Source: Octopus vulgaris (taxonomy: Eukaryota). Taken from it: DNA of 64,000 nt. The notes beneath the pieces are model-generated. The model ran no database searches. It saw nothing but the letters and a program-made list of their open reading frames with translations, and was not told the origin of the DNA. Both the position numbers and the translations under genes were made by a program. The DNA lies in assembly GCA_951406725.2 (NCBI GenBank), contig OX597825.1, forward strand, positions 78,182,001 through 78,246,000, written 5' to 3'. This document shows positions 13,718 to 26,293 of the stretch, one piece after another; positions within the stretch are counted from its first letter, which is position 1, and every line of letters begins with the position of its first letter.

Positions 13718-14762
13718 CTGTTCATCTTCATTTGATTCCTTCATATGGTTTGCAATATATTTTATGTTATCTATAATATCTTTGACGATTTTTACGTCTT
13801 TACTGGAGCCATAATGAACTGGTTTTTCCACTTGACAACTGGATGGCTCCAGTTCTTCGGTCGGATGTCGATTGCGCATGTTTTCGTACGTATGTACGTC
13901 GCTTCTTAATAACGTTGAAGTATTCGAATCTAATGTCAGTTCGCGAACTTCCATTCCGTTCATTGTTCTTACGGCCACTTTACCAATTTCAACGAGAGGT
14001 CGATCGTTGATGTCCGGTCGTTTCATCCAGAGATAAGGAGGGAGTTTTTCGAGTAAATAATAACGTACCCAGTTCGACATAGAGTGGGTGGTCGGTTTGC
14101 GGTAATTAATGTTGAGCACGTAAACAGTCAAAAATAAAGAAGCTGTCACCATGAACATGGTAAACATTAGATACTGGCCAATGAGTGGGATGACAAGGGA
14201 AGTGGGTGGAATTATGTCAGCTAGAAGCAAAAAGAACACAGAAAGCGCTAGTAAAACAGAAATGGACAATGTGATTTTCTCACCGCTAACTGACGGGAGA
14301 TAAAACACAAGCACTGTTAAAAGTGAAATCGAAACACAGGGGGCAATTAGGTTCAGTGTGTAGAATAAGGGTTTTCTTCTAAGTAACAGGTTGAATCTGA
14401 TATCAATATAAGATTCAGGGCAACAAGGATAAGACTCGATTTTCCTAACAGCGTAGACGTCGAGAATGTCCCATTCAACGTTCTGCTGGTAACCTTTCAA
14501 GTCGATTCCCATGTAATTGACGACGTCCCCGTTTGATTTGTTCGTCCCTTGTTCGTGACAGAAGTGGACTAAATCAACTTCCAGGCCATCGTAGGTCCAC
14601 GAACCGAACCGCATCATACATTTTTGAATATCAAATGGGAAGTATTCAACATCAATTGGACAGTATGTTTTATAAATTGCTGGAGGTTCCCATGAGATTT
14701 TGCCGTTGGAATATACTGTGGCTTTCGTTGCTGTCATCGTGATGACAAAGTCGCCGTCTGCA
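13718..14762 (-). CDS. nAChR alpha-type subunit, 1045-nt exon (Cys-loop, loops B/C, M1-M3, cytoplasmic loop)
   Basis: ttttcag|T GCA GAC GGC GAC (N-ADGDF) through GAA CAG|gtaagt. Contains Cys-loop [15 protein letters not shown], loop B FGSWTYDG, loop C YPCCPESY (vicinal cysteines, alpha-type), pre-M1 RRKPLFY and M2 [26 protein letters not shown]. Corresponds to ORF 13709..14737. Confidence 0.97.
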
Positions 14763-15750
14763 CTGAAAATGGAATGTAAAAGCTTGTAAGAGAAAACAGA
14801 AAGCTAGCAAGATGAAGAGATAAAAAGAGAAATTATTAGAAAAAAGTGTGTGGGTGTGGTAAATTTGCAGCCACATGGTTCCGTGTTCAATCCCATCATC
14901 ATCATTGTTCGACCATGGTCGAGACTTTCATAGTCTTTTCAAATGGCTAATAATGTGTGCGTGCGCCACTACTACACACATTGGAAAGCATTGTACAACC
15001 AAGCACTAAAGAAGATCTTTCCTCCTCCATGAAACAAAGCTGTTCCCCCTGGACGTCAACCCAGTATTTCTAAGCTACGGACCGAGTGATTTATTGTAAG
15101 GTTATCTCCGTAGATAGGTTGCCTTCACTACAGCTAAGGAGCCCTTTCTACCCCACTTCGTGGCACCTTAGGCAAGTCTCTTCTACTATACCATTGGACC
15201 GATCAAAGCCTTGTGAGTGAATTTGGGAGACAATAACTAAAAGAAGTCCATCGTTTGTGTGTGTGTGTGTGCGTGTGTGTACATGCACACGCACACACAC
15301 ACACACATGGAGAACGGGATCTTTGCATTTTTGTTTGTCCCTCATCACCGCTTGACAACCGGTGCTGGATACTTTATGTCACCATTAGTTAGTGGTTCGA
15401 GATAAGAGACTAATTTCACCGAGGTGGGATGAAACACTGGGGTTGATGCAATTGGCTGGTCCCTTCCCCACAAATCTCAGACCCTGTGCCTTTTGTAGAG
15501 CGGATTATTATAGTTATTATATTGCCTAGTGTCGCACAATACTTGCGAAGGACGTCTTCTGCTTGTGTCAGTTACTGGACTACAACCATCCTGAGCCACC
15601 ACTTTGAAGAGGTTTAGTCGAATAGATTGCCCTAAGTACATATTCTAAAAGCTCCATCGTTCGTCGTTTGCAGAACCACTAAGTTACAGGGACATAAACA
15701 ACGCAACATCGGTTGTCAAGTTATGATAGATACATATATATATGTATATA

Positions 15751-15814
<64 letters not shown>

Positions 15815-15821
15815 TATATAT

Positions 15822-16007
15822 AGGGAGAGTTTAAGAAAAAAACAACAAAAGACGAAGACAGGTGGTGTACAAAACAAACAGATGTATTAGTATAACGCTC
15901 AGGAATAGAAAAAGTCGTTTACGTTTCGAGCCTACGCTCTTCTACAGAAAGGGACACAGAAAACAAGGAGAGAAAAAAATGTGTGTAGTGGCTAACGATC
16001 TATCATG
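15822..16007 (-). mobile_element. Penelope-like remnant with hammerhead-like motif, flanked by (TA)n
   Basis: Near-identical to 33747-33955 and 44137-44313; minus strand CTTT-CTGTAGA-A-GAGC-GTAG-GCTC-GAAA-CG-TA. Confidence 0.6.
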
Positions 16008-16563
16008 ATATATATATATACACACTCACACACAAGCACACATACACACATACTCACAAAGAAGCACACATATACATGCAGGTATGTATTACACGTGTGT
16101 GTGTATGTGTGTGTGTGTGTGTGTTTGTGTATACAACGGGCTTCTTTCAGTTTCCGTCAACCAAATCTATTCACAAGGCTTTTGTCGGCCCAGTGCTATA
16201 GTAGAAGACACTTGCCATAGATATCACATAGTTGGACTAAACCCGGAACCATGTGGCTGGAAGGTAAATTTCATACCACAACAACTACGCCAACAGACAA
16301 AAAAAAAATAATCAACACAAAACAATTGATAATATTTCGTAAATTAAACCTCAACGCCATATTGACAAAAACACATGCGCCATTTTGCATGAATCTATGA
16401 ATAATTAATTATACAGAACGGAACCTATTTTCTCATTACAAAACAATATTTCCAACCTCCCTGGCAGCAGACAAATGGATGGAATGAAAAGAATGAAGAG
16501 GTTCCATTTTGTCTGATCGAAGATTAAAAAAAGAAAAGAATTCTTTGAATGAATCCAGCTTAC

Positions 16564-16673
16564 TTATTATAGAGAACAATATCAGGCCTCCAGAGAGAGT
16601 CTGATGGGATTTTGATCTGTTTGACATTTCCAAATTCTTTTGGATCCCATGACAGTCTTTTGTCGAACCATTC
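16564..16673 (-). CDS. nAChR alpha-type subunit, 110-nt coding exon (equivalent to vertebrate exon 4)
   Basis: ttgtag|GAATGG...TATAATAA|gtaagc = [36 protein letters not shown](N), containing loop A WxPDIVLYN. It ends in phase 2 and joins the next exon in frame. Confidence 0.95.
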
Positions 16674-16758
16674 CTACAATTGAGAAAGAATATGGTGATT
16701 AGTATACGGAGTGACGTAGAGAAATGCGTTGGTTTATTCGAAAATATTTAAACTTTTC

Positions 16759-16832
<74 letters not shown>

Positions 16833-16964
16833 TAGCTTCGTGTCTGATCTGCTTTCGTCTAACTTCTTCGTCTTGTATACTTTATGATACACGCACACAG
16901 ACATACATGCACACATATACATATATAAATATGTATATGTATACAGATAGATAAGTAAATAGAT

Positions 16965-17342
16965 AGACGCAGGAGTGGCTGTGTGGTAAGTAGTTTGCTA
17001 ACCAACCACATGGTTGCGGGTTCAGTCCCACTGCGTGGCATCTTTGGCAAGTGTTATAGCCCCGGGCCGACCAATGCCTTGTGAGTGGATTTGGTAGACG
17101 GAAACTGAAAGAAGCCTGTCGTATATATGTATATGTATATATGTGTGTGTGTGTGTTTGTGTATCTGTGTTTGTCCCCCTAGCATTGCTTGACAACCGAT
17201 ACTGGTGTGTTTACGTCCCCGTTACTTAGCGGTTCGGCAAAAGAGACCGATAGAATAAGTCCCGGGGTCGATTTGCTCGACTAAAGGTGGTGCTCCAGCA
17301 TGGCCGCAGTCAAATGACTGAAACAAGTAAAAGAGTGTAAAG
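16965..17342 (+). mobile_element. SINE family A
   Basis: Near-identical to 12541-12948. Confidence 0.9.
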
Positions 17343-17407
<65 letters not shown>

Positions 17408-17408
17408 T

Positions 17409-17628
17409 GTTTCTTTATTACCCACAAGGGGCTAAACACAGAGGGGACAAACAAGGACAGACAAACGAATTAAGTCGATTACATCGACCCCAGTGCGTAA
17501 CTGGTACTTAATTTATCGACCTCGAAAGGATGAAAGGCAAAGTCGACCTCGGCGGAATTTGAACCCAGAATGTAACGGCAGACGAAATACTGCTACGCAT
17601 TTCGTCCGGCGTGCTAACGTTTCTGCCA
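17409..17628 (-). mobile_element. SINE family B
   Basis: Near-identical to 8070-8298. Confidence 0.88.
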
Positions 17629-17652
17629 GAGGTAGGTAGGTAGGTAAAAATG

Positions 17653-17691
<39 letters not shown>

Positions 17692-17744
17692 ATGTATGTA
17701 TGTATGTATGTATGTATGTATGTATGTATAGATCGGAGCGATCT

Positions 17745-17870
17745 CAAGATTAATCAGCCGAAATTGCGAGGAAGATCCGGTTCTTGGCTAAAGATTAGAG
17801 GCTTCAAATGACCCGTCCGATTTTTGTGTCGTCTCTTTGAGTGTTTTGCGTTCTTGTCCCATTTTGGATT
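17745..17870 (+). mobile_element. Short dispersed repeat (possible second Penelope-like family); inverse copy at 22650-22762
   Basis: ttcttggctaaagattagaggcttcaaatgacccgtccg...ttgtcccattttg is the reverse complement of 22650-22762; both copies abut (TA)n. Confidence 0.5.
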
Positions 17871-17886
17871 TTTATATATATTTTTT

Positions 17887-17929
<43 letters not shown>

Positions 17930-17944
17930 TATTTATTTTTTTTT

Positions 17945-18150
17945 ATTTTACTTGTTTCAGTCATTTGACTGCGGCCATGCTGGAGCACCGCCTTTAGTCG
18001 AGCAAATCGACCCCAGGACTTATTCTTTGTAAGCCCAGTACTTATTCTATCGGTCTCTTTTTGCCGAACCGCTAAGTGACGGGGGCGTAAACACACCAGC
18101 ATCGGTTGTCAAGCAATGCTAGGGAGGCAAACACAGACACACAAACATGC
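17945..18150 (-). mobile_element. SINE family A, 3' half
   Basis: Reverse complement of the SINE A tail. Confidence 0.9.
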
Positions 18151-18174
18151 ACATATATATATATACATATATAC

Positions 18175-18224
<50 letters not shown>

Positions 18225-18325
18225 TACGACATATATATATATATATATATATATATACGGACTCTAGTTTCCGAAATTGTTTTAAGATATTATTTTAAAG
18301 AATGTAAATTGTGATAATAACTTAC

Positions 18326-18370
18326 GTGTTTCAACCAAACACTTGTGGTCATTACTTGATTTTTGGCATC
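18326..18370 (-). CDS. nAChR alpha-type subunit, 45-nt coding exon (equivalent to vertebrate exon 3)
   Basis: Minus strand reads ttttatag|GAT GCC AAA AAT CAA GTA ATG ACC ACA AGT GTT TGG TTG AAA CAC|gtaagt = DAKNQVMTTSVWLKH. This matches the conserved DEKNQ.MTT.VWL motif (loop 2/loop D). Canonical AG/GT sites, phase 0/0. Not in the ORF track. Confidence 0.95.
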
Positions 18371-18685
18371 CTATAAAAATAAAAATAATAATAATAATAA
18401 TGATAATAATAATAATAATAATAATAATAATATTAATAATAATAATAATTACAATAACAACAACAACAACGACAACGATGATGATGATGATGATGATGAT
18501 TGTGGTGGTGATTGTGATGGTGATAATATGATGACGATCATCGTCATCATGGTGGTGGTGGTTGTGATAATGATGATGATTTCAAATTTTGGCACAAGAC
18601 CAGCAATTTCGGGGAAGCGGCCAAGTCGATTAAATAGATCTCCATCGTTCAACTGCTATTTATTTAATCGATCCCCGATACGATG

Positions 18686-19090
18686 AAAAATACCCTCTTC
18701 CCAGAATTGAGGTGGTTTCATGGCAAAGAATTCATCAAGGTATCTTTTTATGTCATCCATTAAGACTATTCTGCAGAGACCTGAATAAGTGGAATTCCGA
18801 AGGAGCAATATTTGGTGAATATGGAGGGTGGGGTAATATATCCCAACCGAGCTGCAGCAATTTTTGTCTGGTTTCTAAAGCATCAAGTGCCGAAAATGAA
18901 CTTTTTTTATCTTCCATTTTAAAGGGTTACAGAATTAACACAGGTTATAGGAACATAAACCTTCTGCCACGAAAAGGTAGCTTAAACTGTGCTCTAAATT
19001 TCTTTATTACCCACAAGGGGCGAATACTGTGCTCTAAATGGAGGTGTAGTCAAATCCTATTTTATGAACTCAACCATGTTCTAAAATAAG
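18686..19090 (-). mobile_element. Internally deleted mariner transposon remnant
   Basis: Minus strand MEDKK(fs)VHFRHLML (transposase N-terminus) joined directly to TRQKLLQLGWDILPHPPYSPNIAPSEFHLFRSLQNSLNG and DDIKRYLDEFFAMKPPQFWEEGIF (YSPDLAPSD motif region). Confidence 0.85.
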
Positions 19091-19095
19091 TCGAA

Positions 19096-19490
19096 AGGCG
19101 TAGGAGTGGCTTGCTAACCAACCACATGGTTCCGGGTTCAGTCCCACTGCGTGGCATCTTGGGCAAGTGTCTTCTGCTATAGCTCCGGGCCGACCAATGC
19201 CTTGTGAGTGGATTTGGTAGACGGAAACTGAAAGAAGCTTGTCGTATATATGTATATATATATGTGTGTGTGTGTGTGTTTGTGTGTCTGTGTTTGTCCC
19301 CCTAGCATTGCTTGACAACCGATGCTGGTGTGTTTACGTCCCCGTCACTTAGCGGTTCGGCAAAAGAGACCGATAGAATAAGTACTGGGCTTACAAAGAA
19401 TAAGTCCCGGGGTCGATTTGCTCGACTAAATGCGGTGCTCCAGCATGGCCGCAGTCCAATGACTGAAACAAGTAAAAGAGTAAAGAGTAA
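19096..19490 (+). mobile_element. SINE family A
   Basis: Near-identical to 12541-12948. Confidence 0.9.
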
Positions 19491-19759
19491 AGAGAGTAAG
19501 CTACTATAAACCGGCACGAACTTTCCGGACAACACAATGTATAGCGAGAGAGACGCACACATAAACTCACACATCCATAAACGCACCCATACATGTCAAA
19601 CGCATACACGCGCTGGCACACAGACAGAACATAACCCGTGGCACACCCTGTCATGCATAAACATGTCAGATTTATAACACTTGAAGGAATGAGAGTGCAT
19701 AGCAGCGGGGAAGCGGTGCTGCACTGTTTATTCTCTGTTACTATTTATGTATCTCCAAA

Positions 19760-20150
19760 GGTGGCAAGCTGGCAGAATCGTTAGCACACTGGGCGAAATG
19801 CTTAGCGGTATTTCGTCTGTCTTTATGTTCTGAGTTCGAATTCCGCCAAGGTCGACTTTGCCTTTCATCATTTCGAGGTCGATAAATTAAGTACCAGTTA
19901 CGCACTGGGGTCGATGTAATCGACTTAATACCTATGTCTGTCCTTGTTTGTCCCCTCTATGTTTAGCCTCTTGTGGGTAATAAAGAAATAGGTATTTCGT
20001 CTGTCTTCACGTTCTGAGTTCAAATTCCGCCGAGGTCAACTTTGACTTATATCCTTCGGGGTTCAATAAAATAAGTACCAGTTATGTACCGGGGTCGATG
20101 TATTCGATTATACCCCACCCCCATACTTCAAGCCTTGCGCCTTTATTATT
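19760..20150 (+). mobile_element. Tandem/nested SINE B copies with two different 3' tails
   Basis: The body occurs twice (about 19810 and 19995), with tails ...gggtaataaagaaata and ...gccttgcgcctttattattaaggattatt. Confidence 0.8.
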
Positions 20151-20171
20151 AAGGATTATTAAGGATTATTA

Positions 20172-20570
20172 TTCTCTTTACTCTTTTACTCTTTTACTTG
20201 TTTCAGTCATTTGACTGCGGCCATGCTGGAGCACCACCTTTAGTCGAGCAAATCGACCCCAGGACTTATTCTTTGTAAGCCCAGAACTTATTCTATCGGT
20301 CTCTTTTGCCGAACCGCTAAGTGACAGGGACGTAAACACACCAGCATCGGTTGTCAAGCAATGCTAGGGGGACAAACACAGACACACACATATATATGTA
20401 CATATATACGACAGCTTCTTTCAGTTTCCGTCTACCAAATCCACTCACAAGGCATTGGTCGGCCCGGGGCTATAGCAGAAAACACTTGCCCAAGATGCCA
20501 CGCAGTGGGACTGAACCCAGAACCATGTGGTTGGTTAGCAAGCTATTTACCACACAGCCACTCCTGCGCC
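20172..20570 (-). mobile_element. SINE family A, full length
   Basis: Reverse complement of the 19096-19490 copy. Confidence 0.9.
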
Positions 20571-20707
20571 TATCATTTTATCATTATTGTTATTATTATT
20601 ATTATTATTATCATCATCATCATCATTATTATTATTATTATCGATGTGATCGATTTTCCCCCTCCCCCAAAATTTCAGGCTTTGTGCTTATTACAAAAAA
20701 AGAAGAT

Positions 20708-20878
20708 TAGTCTCTTCCGGAGGACCTTCGGGTCGAAAAACATGGACGATTTCCAAAAGTGCTGCAGAGGGGTATTGCCCATTCAAGACAAGCTCTTCAG
20801 GCATGGAAGCGATAACAGCTGACCCCTGCCCAGATGCTTGCAGGAGAACGAAACCGTCCTGCATGCAATAATTCAATA
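20708..20878 (+). mobile_element. L1/Tx1-like LINE C-terminal fragment (zf-RVT region)
   Basis: RGVLPIQDKLFRHG...PRCLQENETVLHAIIQ with an internal stop; matches the LP...L.R.G..CPRC...ET..H pattern. Confidence 0.6.
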
Positions 20879-21452
20879 TCTTTGCCTCAACCCCTGCCCC
20901 GAACAGTGCATTGTAGTTTTGGACAACACCCTCCACTCCACAAAAATTTTCGGTCTTGTACTTATAGTTGAAATTGTTTAAAATCTGCCTATTTACGTAC
21001 GTATGTGTGGTAATGAAAAGGCAACTGTTATTTTTTTTTTCTATTTTCTATTAAAGTTTATTCATGTTTTTGTATCAGCCCCTTGTACTCCGTTTGAAAC
21101 AAAAATGTTCATAAATCCATCGTCACCAACGTTTCTAGACTGTCACGGGCTCATCGTTAGGATGTAAAATGTTACTGAGGTGTGTAACTGCCTGTTTTAT
21201 GTTCGGCAAATGCGATTTGTGTATATTTTATCACCAGTATTAGTTTCAAGTTGCAGGATAAGACTCTTCATAGCTAGACATGTTGATGATGGAATTAGGA
21301 AGTTTATTGTTCCAAACGAAACTCATGATGATATTAACAAAAAGACAATAAAAACTAAAGTGAAACTGAAAAATACGCTTGCAATATAACGCCCAAAAGT
21401 AAAGTTGGTTCACATATAAAGGAATGTAAATATATATTTATAACTGTGCGTG

Positions 21453-21484
<32 letters not shown>

Positions 21485-22618
21485 TATATATATATGGATG
21501 TATATATGTATGGATGTATGTATGGATGTATGTATGTATGTATGTATGTATGTATGTATGTATGTATGTATGTATGTATGTATGTATGTATGGATGGATG
21601 GATGGATGGATGGATGGATGGATGTATATCTGTGTGATTGTATTTGTATACGTATGTATGTGTGCGTGTATATATATTATCAAATTGATTTGAGTTTTAA
21701 CCTTAGGTTTTACTTTGTTAATTTCGTCAACCGATGCTTGCTATCAGATACAAGTAGAAAACGGAAAAAGATAGTTTTATTCATGATATAGCAGAAAATC
21801 CGTAAATATCCATCGAGTTCATATAATTATTAAGGGGATGGAGCAAGCAGTTCGTTTTATTACATAATTTTACAATCTTTCATTGATTTTTATATTTTAA
21901 AGAAAGAAATTGCTATATCGACATAATATAATATATGTAACATGCATCGGTATTATTATACTAATACCGCAAAAGCATCAACTCCTCAGGCTTACGTATA
22001 TAATCCAGTCTCCTTGTTGATAATTATATGTGTGTGTGTGTGTAGGTATGTACGTATGCGTGCATATATGCATCTATGTATGTATATGTATGTGTGGCTA
22101 TTTTGAGTTTCATTATGCTAACACACTATCTTAAAGGTAGTGTGGCGAAGCAATCTTTTTTACATGTTAATCAATATCTCCCTATACAGTGACATCTCCG
22201 TTAGGCGCGGCTGGTGATTTCTGTAATCATTTCGTGCTGCAGTATTCATGCTACCTATTTTAAAACGCTTACTGACTCATGACACACGCGACGGTCATAT
22301 ACAAAACTGCAAAAACTTTATTTCAAACACTTTGAATAAACATACAAATGAATTAGAGTAAAGCAATGTTTTCTCGAAGAACGATTAAATGAGGTAGCCT
22401 GGATAAATGACTTCTTTTCTCCCCCCCACCCGCTCTATCTATCTATCTCTTTCTCTTTATTCATACATTACTTGCATTTAGTGGGACTGAAACCGGGAAC
22501 CATGTGGTTGGGTAGCAAAGTTCTTGCCATGCAAAGAACCATGCCTGCCATGCAAAGAACCATGCCTGCGCCTATATTTGAAACCACAAATTTAAGTCTG
22601 TCATTTCAGTATATATAC

Positions 22619-22653
<35 letters not shown>

Positions 22654-22774
22654 CAAAATGGGACAAGAGCGCAAAACATCCAAATAGACGATACAAAAAA
22701 CACGGATGGGTCATTCGAAACCTTTAATCTTCAGTCAAGAAACGAATCATTCTCGCACTTTCGAGAGAGAGAGA

Positions 22775-23004
22775 GGCTTGGCAAAAAGTCCCCCGACAGT
22801 AAATCAAAATTTCATAAATACTATCAGTAATTCTGTACTGACTCGAATGGGAAAATGTGTCGCTCACGAAGGACTTCAGTTTGAACAATTCTTATGAGGT
22901 TTCATATTTAGATGCTTTTATTAAATTCATTCAGTTGGTAAACATAAATGAATCTTGGAATTAAATGGTTTTAATTTACTGTCAGGTGACTTTTAGCCAA
23001 CCCC
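22775..23004 (+). mobile_element. Tc1/mariner-superfamily MITE with ~30-bp TIRs and transposase C-terminus
   Basis: Left end ggcttggcaaaaagtcccccgacagtaaat versus reverse complement of right end gggttggctaaaagtcacctgacagtaaat. Internal SVLTRMGKCVAHEGLQFEQFL* resembles R...C....G..FE.LL* transposase ends. Confidence 0.75.
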
Positions 23005-23192
23005 GCATATTCTCATTCAGAAGGGAGACGATTACGGAGATCACTTAAAGATCCTGGGTAACTTTCTGCATGAAACCTTTGGTTGCCATGTTAATCCACA
23101 AACTATGAATATTCATCCACCGAATGCGATGCTGAGCGCTCATTCTCACTGTTCGATACTAGTGTATATATGTGTGAGTATGTCCGTGTGTG

Positions 23193-23241
<49 letters not shown>

Positions 23242-23848
23242 GTATTAATATAATATATAAATATAATATATAAATATATGCATATATACATACATATATG
23301 TACATACCTGCATATATATGTATATATACATGCATATATGGGTACAGGACATCAAAAAAACGTTGAACACAATGAGAAGCGACAACATAAAAACAAAAAC
23401 ATAGAAACGAACTTTTTTTCGAACAACGAAAAAAACAGAGAAACAAGACATACAACATAAAGAATATTTCCCCTTCTTCAGTTGTCCCTGTTTCGTCTAC
23501 TCCGCGTTCCGAAGGTAAGGACAAGACGCGACCTCGTTGAAACAATCCTTCCCGTAAAGCAAATTAAATAAAATTTGGGACTTTTTGCGGAGGGGTAAAA
23601 GTGGTAACAAGAAGAGGACAGTAAGAACAAAACAAGACAGTAAAAACAGTAAGAGACAGAACAAAGAGAATAACACAGTAAAAACAAACGAATAGGGTTG
23701 TTAAGCCAAGACATTCGAAAAATTATTTTGAACGTTTGAGGAGATAGCTTATGAGAGGGACAGGATAAGCCGTCTTACCTCGGTGAAGATATATATATAT
23801 ATATATATAGGTATATTATGGATGGATATATCTATGAATGTATATACA

Positions 23849-23886
<38 letters not shown>

Positions 23887-24122
23887 CTGTCTGTCTGTCT
23901 GTCTTCAAGGCAACGATAAGAAGAAAAGAGAAGAATAAAAATAAGCTAAGTGAAACTTAAAAGGTACACAAGGGAATCGAAACTGGATCGCTGTACAACT
24001 TCTAAACTGAGATCTTGCCTTTTATTAAACATTAACATATTTTCATACAACTATCATTTTCACCACCGCATCACCCCATCCCCTATATATATATATATAT
24101 ATATATATAAACATATATGTAA

Positions 24123-24162
<40 letters not shown>

Positions 24163-24939
24163 CTGTGTCTGTGTGTGTGCATTTCCTATCATATCCTTCT
24201 ATCTCAACTGCCAAATCTTGTACGGTGAATCCTTTGAGGTGCATTAAACTGACTTGATGACCGTTTGATGTCTTTTAAAAGCTAAGTTAAACCGAAAAGA
24301 CGAGAGACCCTTACTTTTCCAAGCTGGAAGATATTTAGTTTCGACTCGGTTCCTACATACATATAGCTTCACTATGGGTTGTTGTTTTTTTTAATATATT
24401 TTTGCTGTTGTTGTTGGTAGTGTTTTGTTTTGTTGTTTTTTTCTGTCGGTGCCTTTCTGTTTTCTTGGCATGTTTCCCCGAATCAGGCTCTGGTTACTTC
24501 CACAACACACAGATACAGACAGACATTGCTGCGTACACACTCGCTTCAGATACGAGATTCAGATATGAATAGACTCCAGGCGTGAAAAACTATACAATCT
24601 AAACATGTTAATGAATTAAGCTGCTGGTATTGGCGCTTAAAAAACATATACCCATGGGGCCCATCGAAACCTACTCTGAGTGCGACGCTTCCATATGCAG
24701 CATGCTTCAATGTGTGTGAGTGCATATATGTGTGTGTGTGTGTGTGTGCATGTGTGTGTATCTATGTAGTGTATATATATATATATGTGCGTGTATGTAT
24801 GTGTGTATATATATACATATATATATATGTGTGTGTGTGTGTATATATATTCATACATGTTTATATATATGGGGGGGTGCGTATAGATAGATAGATAGAG
24901 AGATGCATATGTATATATATATAATTGTGTGTGTGTATG

Positions 24940-24985
<46 letters not shown>

Positions 24986-25195
24986 TGTATATATATATAT
25001 GTATATATGTATATATATATATATATACATACACATACACATGCATATGTTCTTGCGTGTGTGTGTGTAGGTAGATAGACAGACAGACAGATAAATAAAG
25101 ATACGTGTGTGTGTATATATATATATATATACAGGTATCTTTATCTGCCTGCCCGTCTTTCTATCTATCACACATGTATACACACACACGCAAGA

Positions 25196-25256
<61 letters not shown>

Positions 25257-25668
25257 CACACACACTCATATGTTCGTATGTGTGTGTATGTACGTATGTA
25301 CGTGTGTATATACACACACATAACATACCTACGTAACACACAGCTATCCAATTGCGCATCGTCTTCTGCCCGACATTAAATGGCAGACACTTCTCAGAGT
25401 GTCTTGAAATTAAAGACTTCGACTGAACAACAGTGGCACACTACCACCCACACCACAACCACCACCCCCCACTGCCACCACCGCTTCCTATCACACCGAC
25501 TCACACCTCCACCATCATCACTCATGTCACCATCGCTGCAAATGCTACTAACACCACTACTCACCTCCCACTATTATTACCACCACTGCCACCACCGACC
25601 CATTCACCAGCTCTACACCGCAAACACCACCACCACCACCACCACCACCACTACTACTACTACTACTG

Positions 25669-25706
<38 letters not shown>

Positions 25707-26256
25707 GCTACTACCACCCGCTGTCGCTCCTACAACTAACACACACCACCAACACAGCTATCTCCACCGCCGCTACCATTATCATCATCATCATCATCAC
25801 CAACAACTTCACCAGCACTACTACTACTACTACTACCACTACCACTACTACCACCACCACTACCACCGCACACCACCTCCTCGTCAGCCTACTTTAACCT
25901 ACATTTCACGCCATCGCCAGTAAAAACCCTAGTTTTAATAAATTCTTCCATACTGCTGTAGTTGTTGCTGCTGCTGCTATGATTGCTGCTGTTGTTCTTC
26001 TTCTTGTTTTTGTTGTTGTTGTTGTTGTTGTTGTTCTTGTTGTTGTTCATATCTGTGTTATTTTCATTTCCTTCCTGTAGCGTACCCTTGTTTCTTTTTC
26101 TTTTGTTCTTGCAATTGTTGTCCTTCTTCTTCTCTTTCTCCCTCTTCTTCTTCTTCTCTTTCTTCTTCTTCTTCTTCTTCTTCTTCTTCTTCTTCTTCTT
26201 CTTCTCCTCCTCCTCCCCTCCGCTTTCTCTCTTTGACCACACAACTTTTTCTTCTT

Positions 26257-26293
<37 letters not shown>

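Noticed and set aside
11309-18370. Octopus chemotactile receptor (CR) or anion-selective AChR
   Set aside because: The vicinal Cys-Cys and aromatic loops A, B, C and D are intact, and M2 starts with cationic GEK rather than PAR/PAK. It looks like a canonical alpha subunit.
23330-23790. Another Penelope-like terminal repeat with hammerhead fragments (GAAAC..., CTGAAGA on the minus strand)
   Set aside because: I could not assemble consistent stems, and it is a single copy in the window.
25329-25359. Candidate exon 1 MRNWIAVCYV(G)|gtatgt, phase 1
   Set aside because: The phase and donor are plausible, but no matching exon 2 was found between it and 18370, and it is too short to support.
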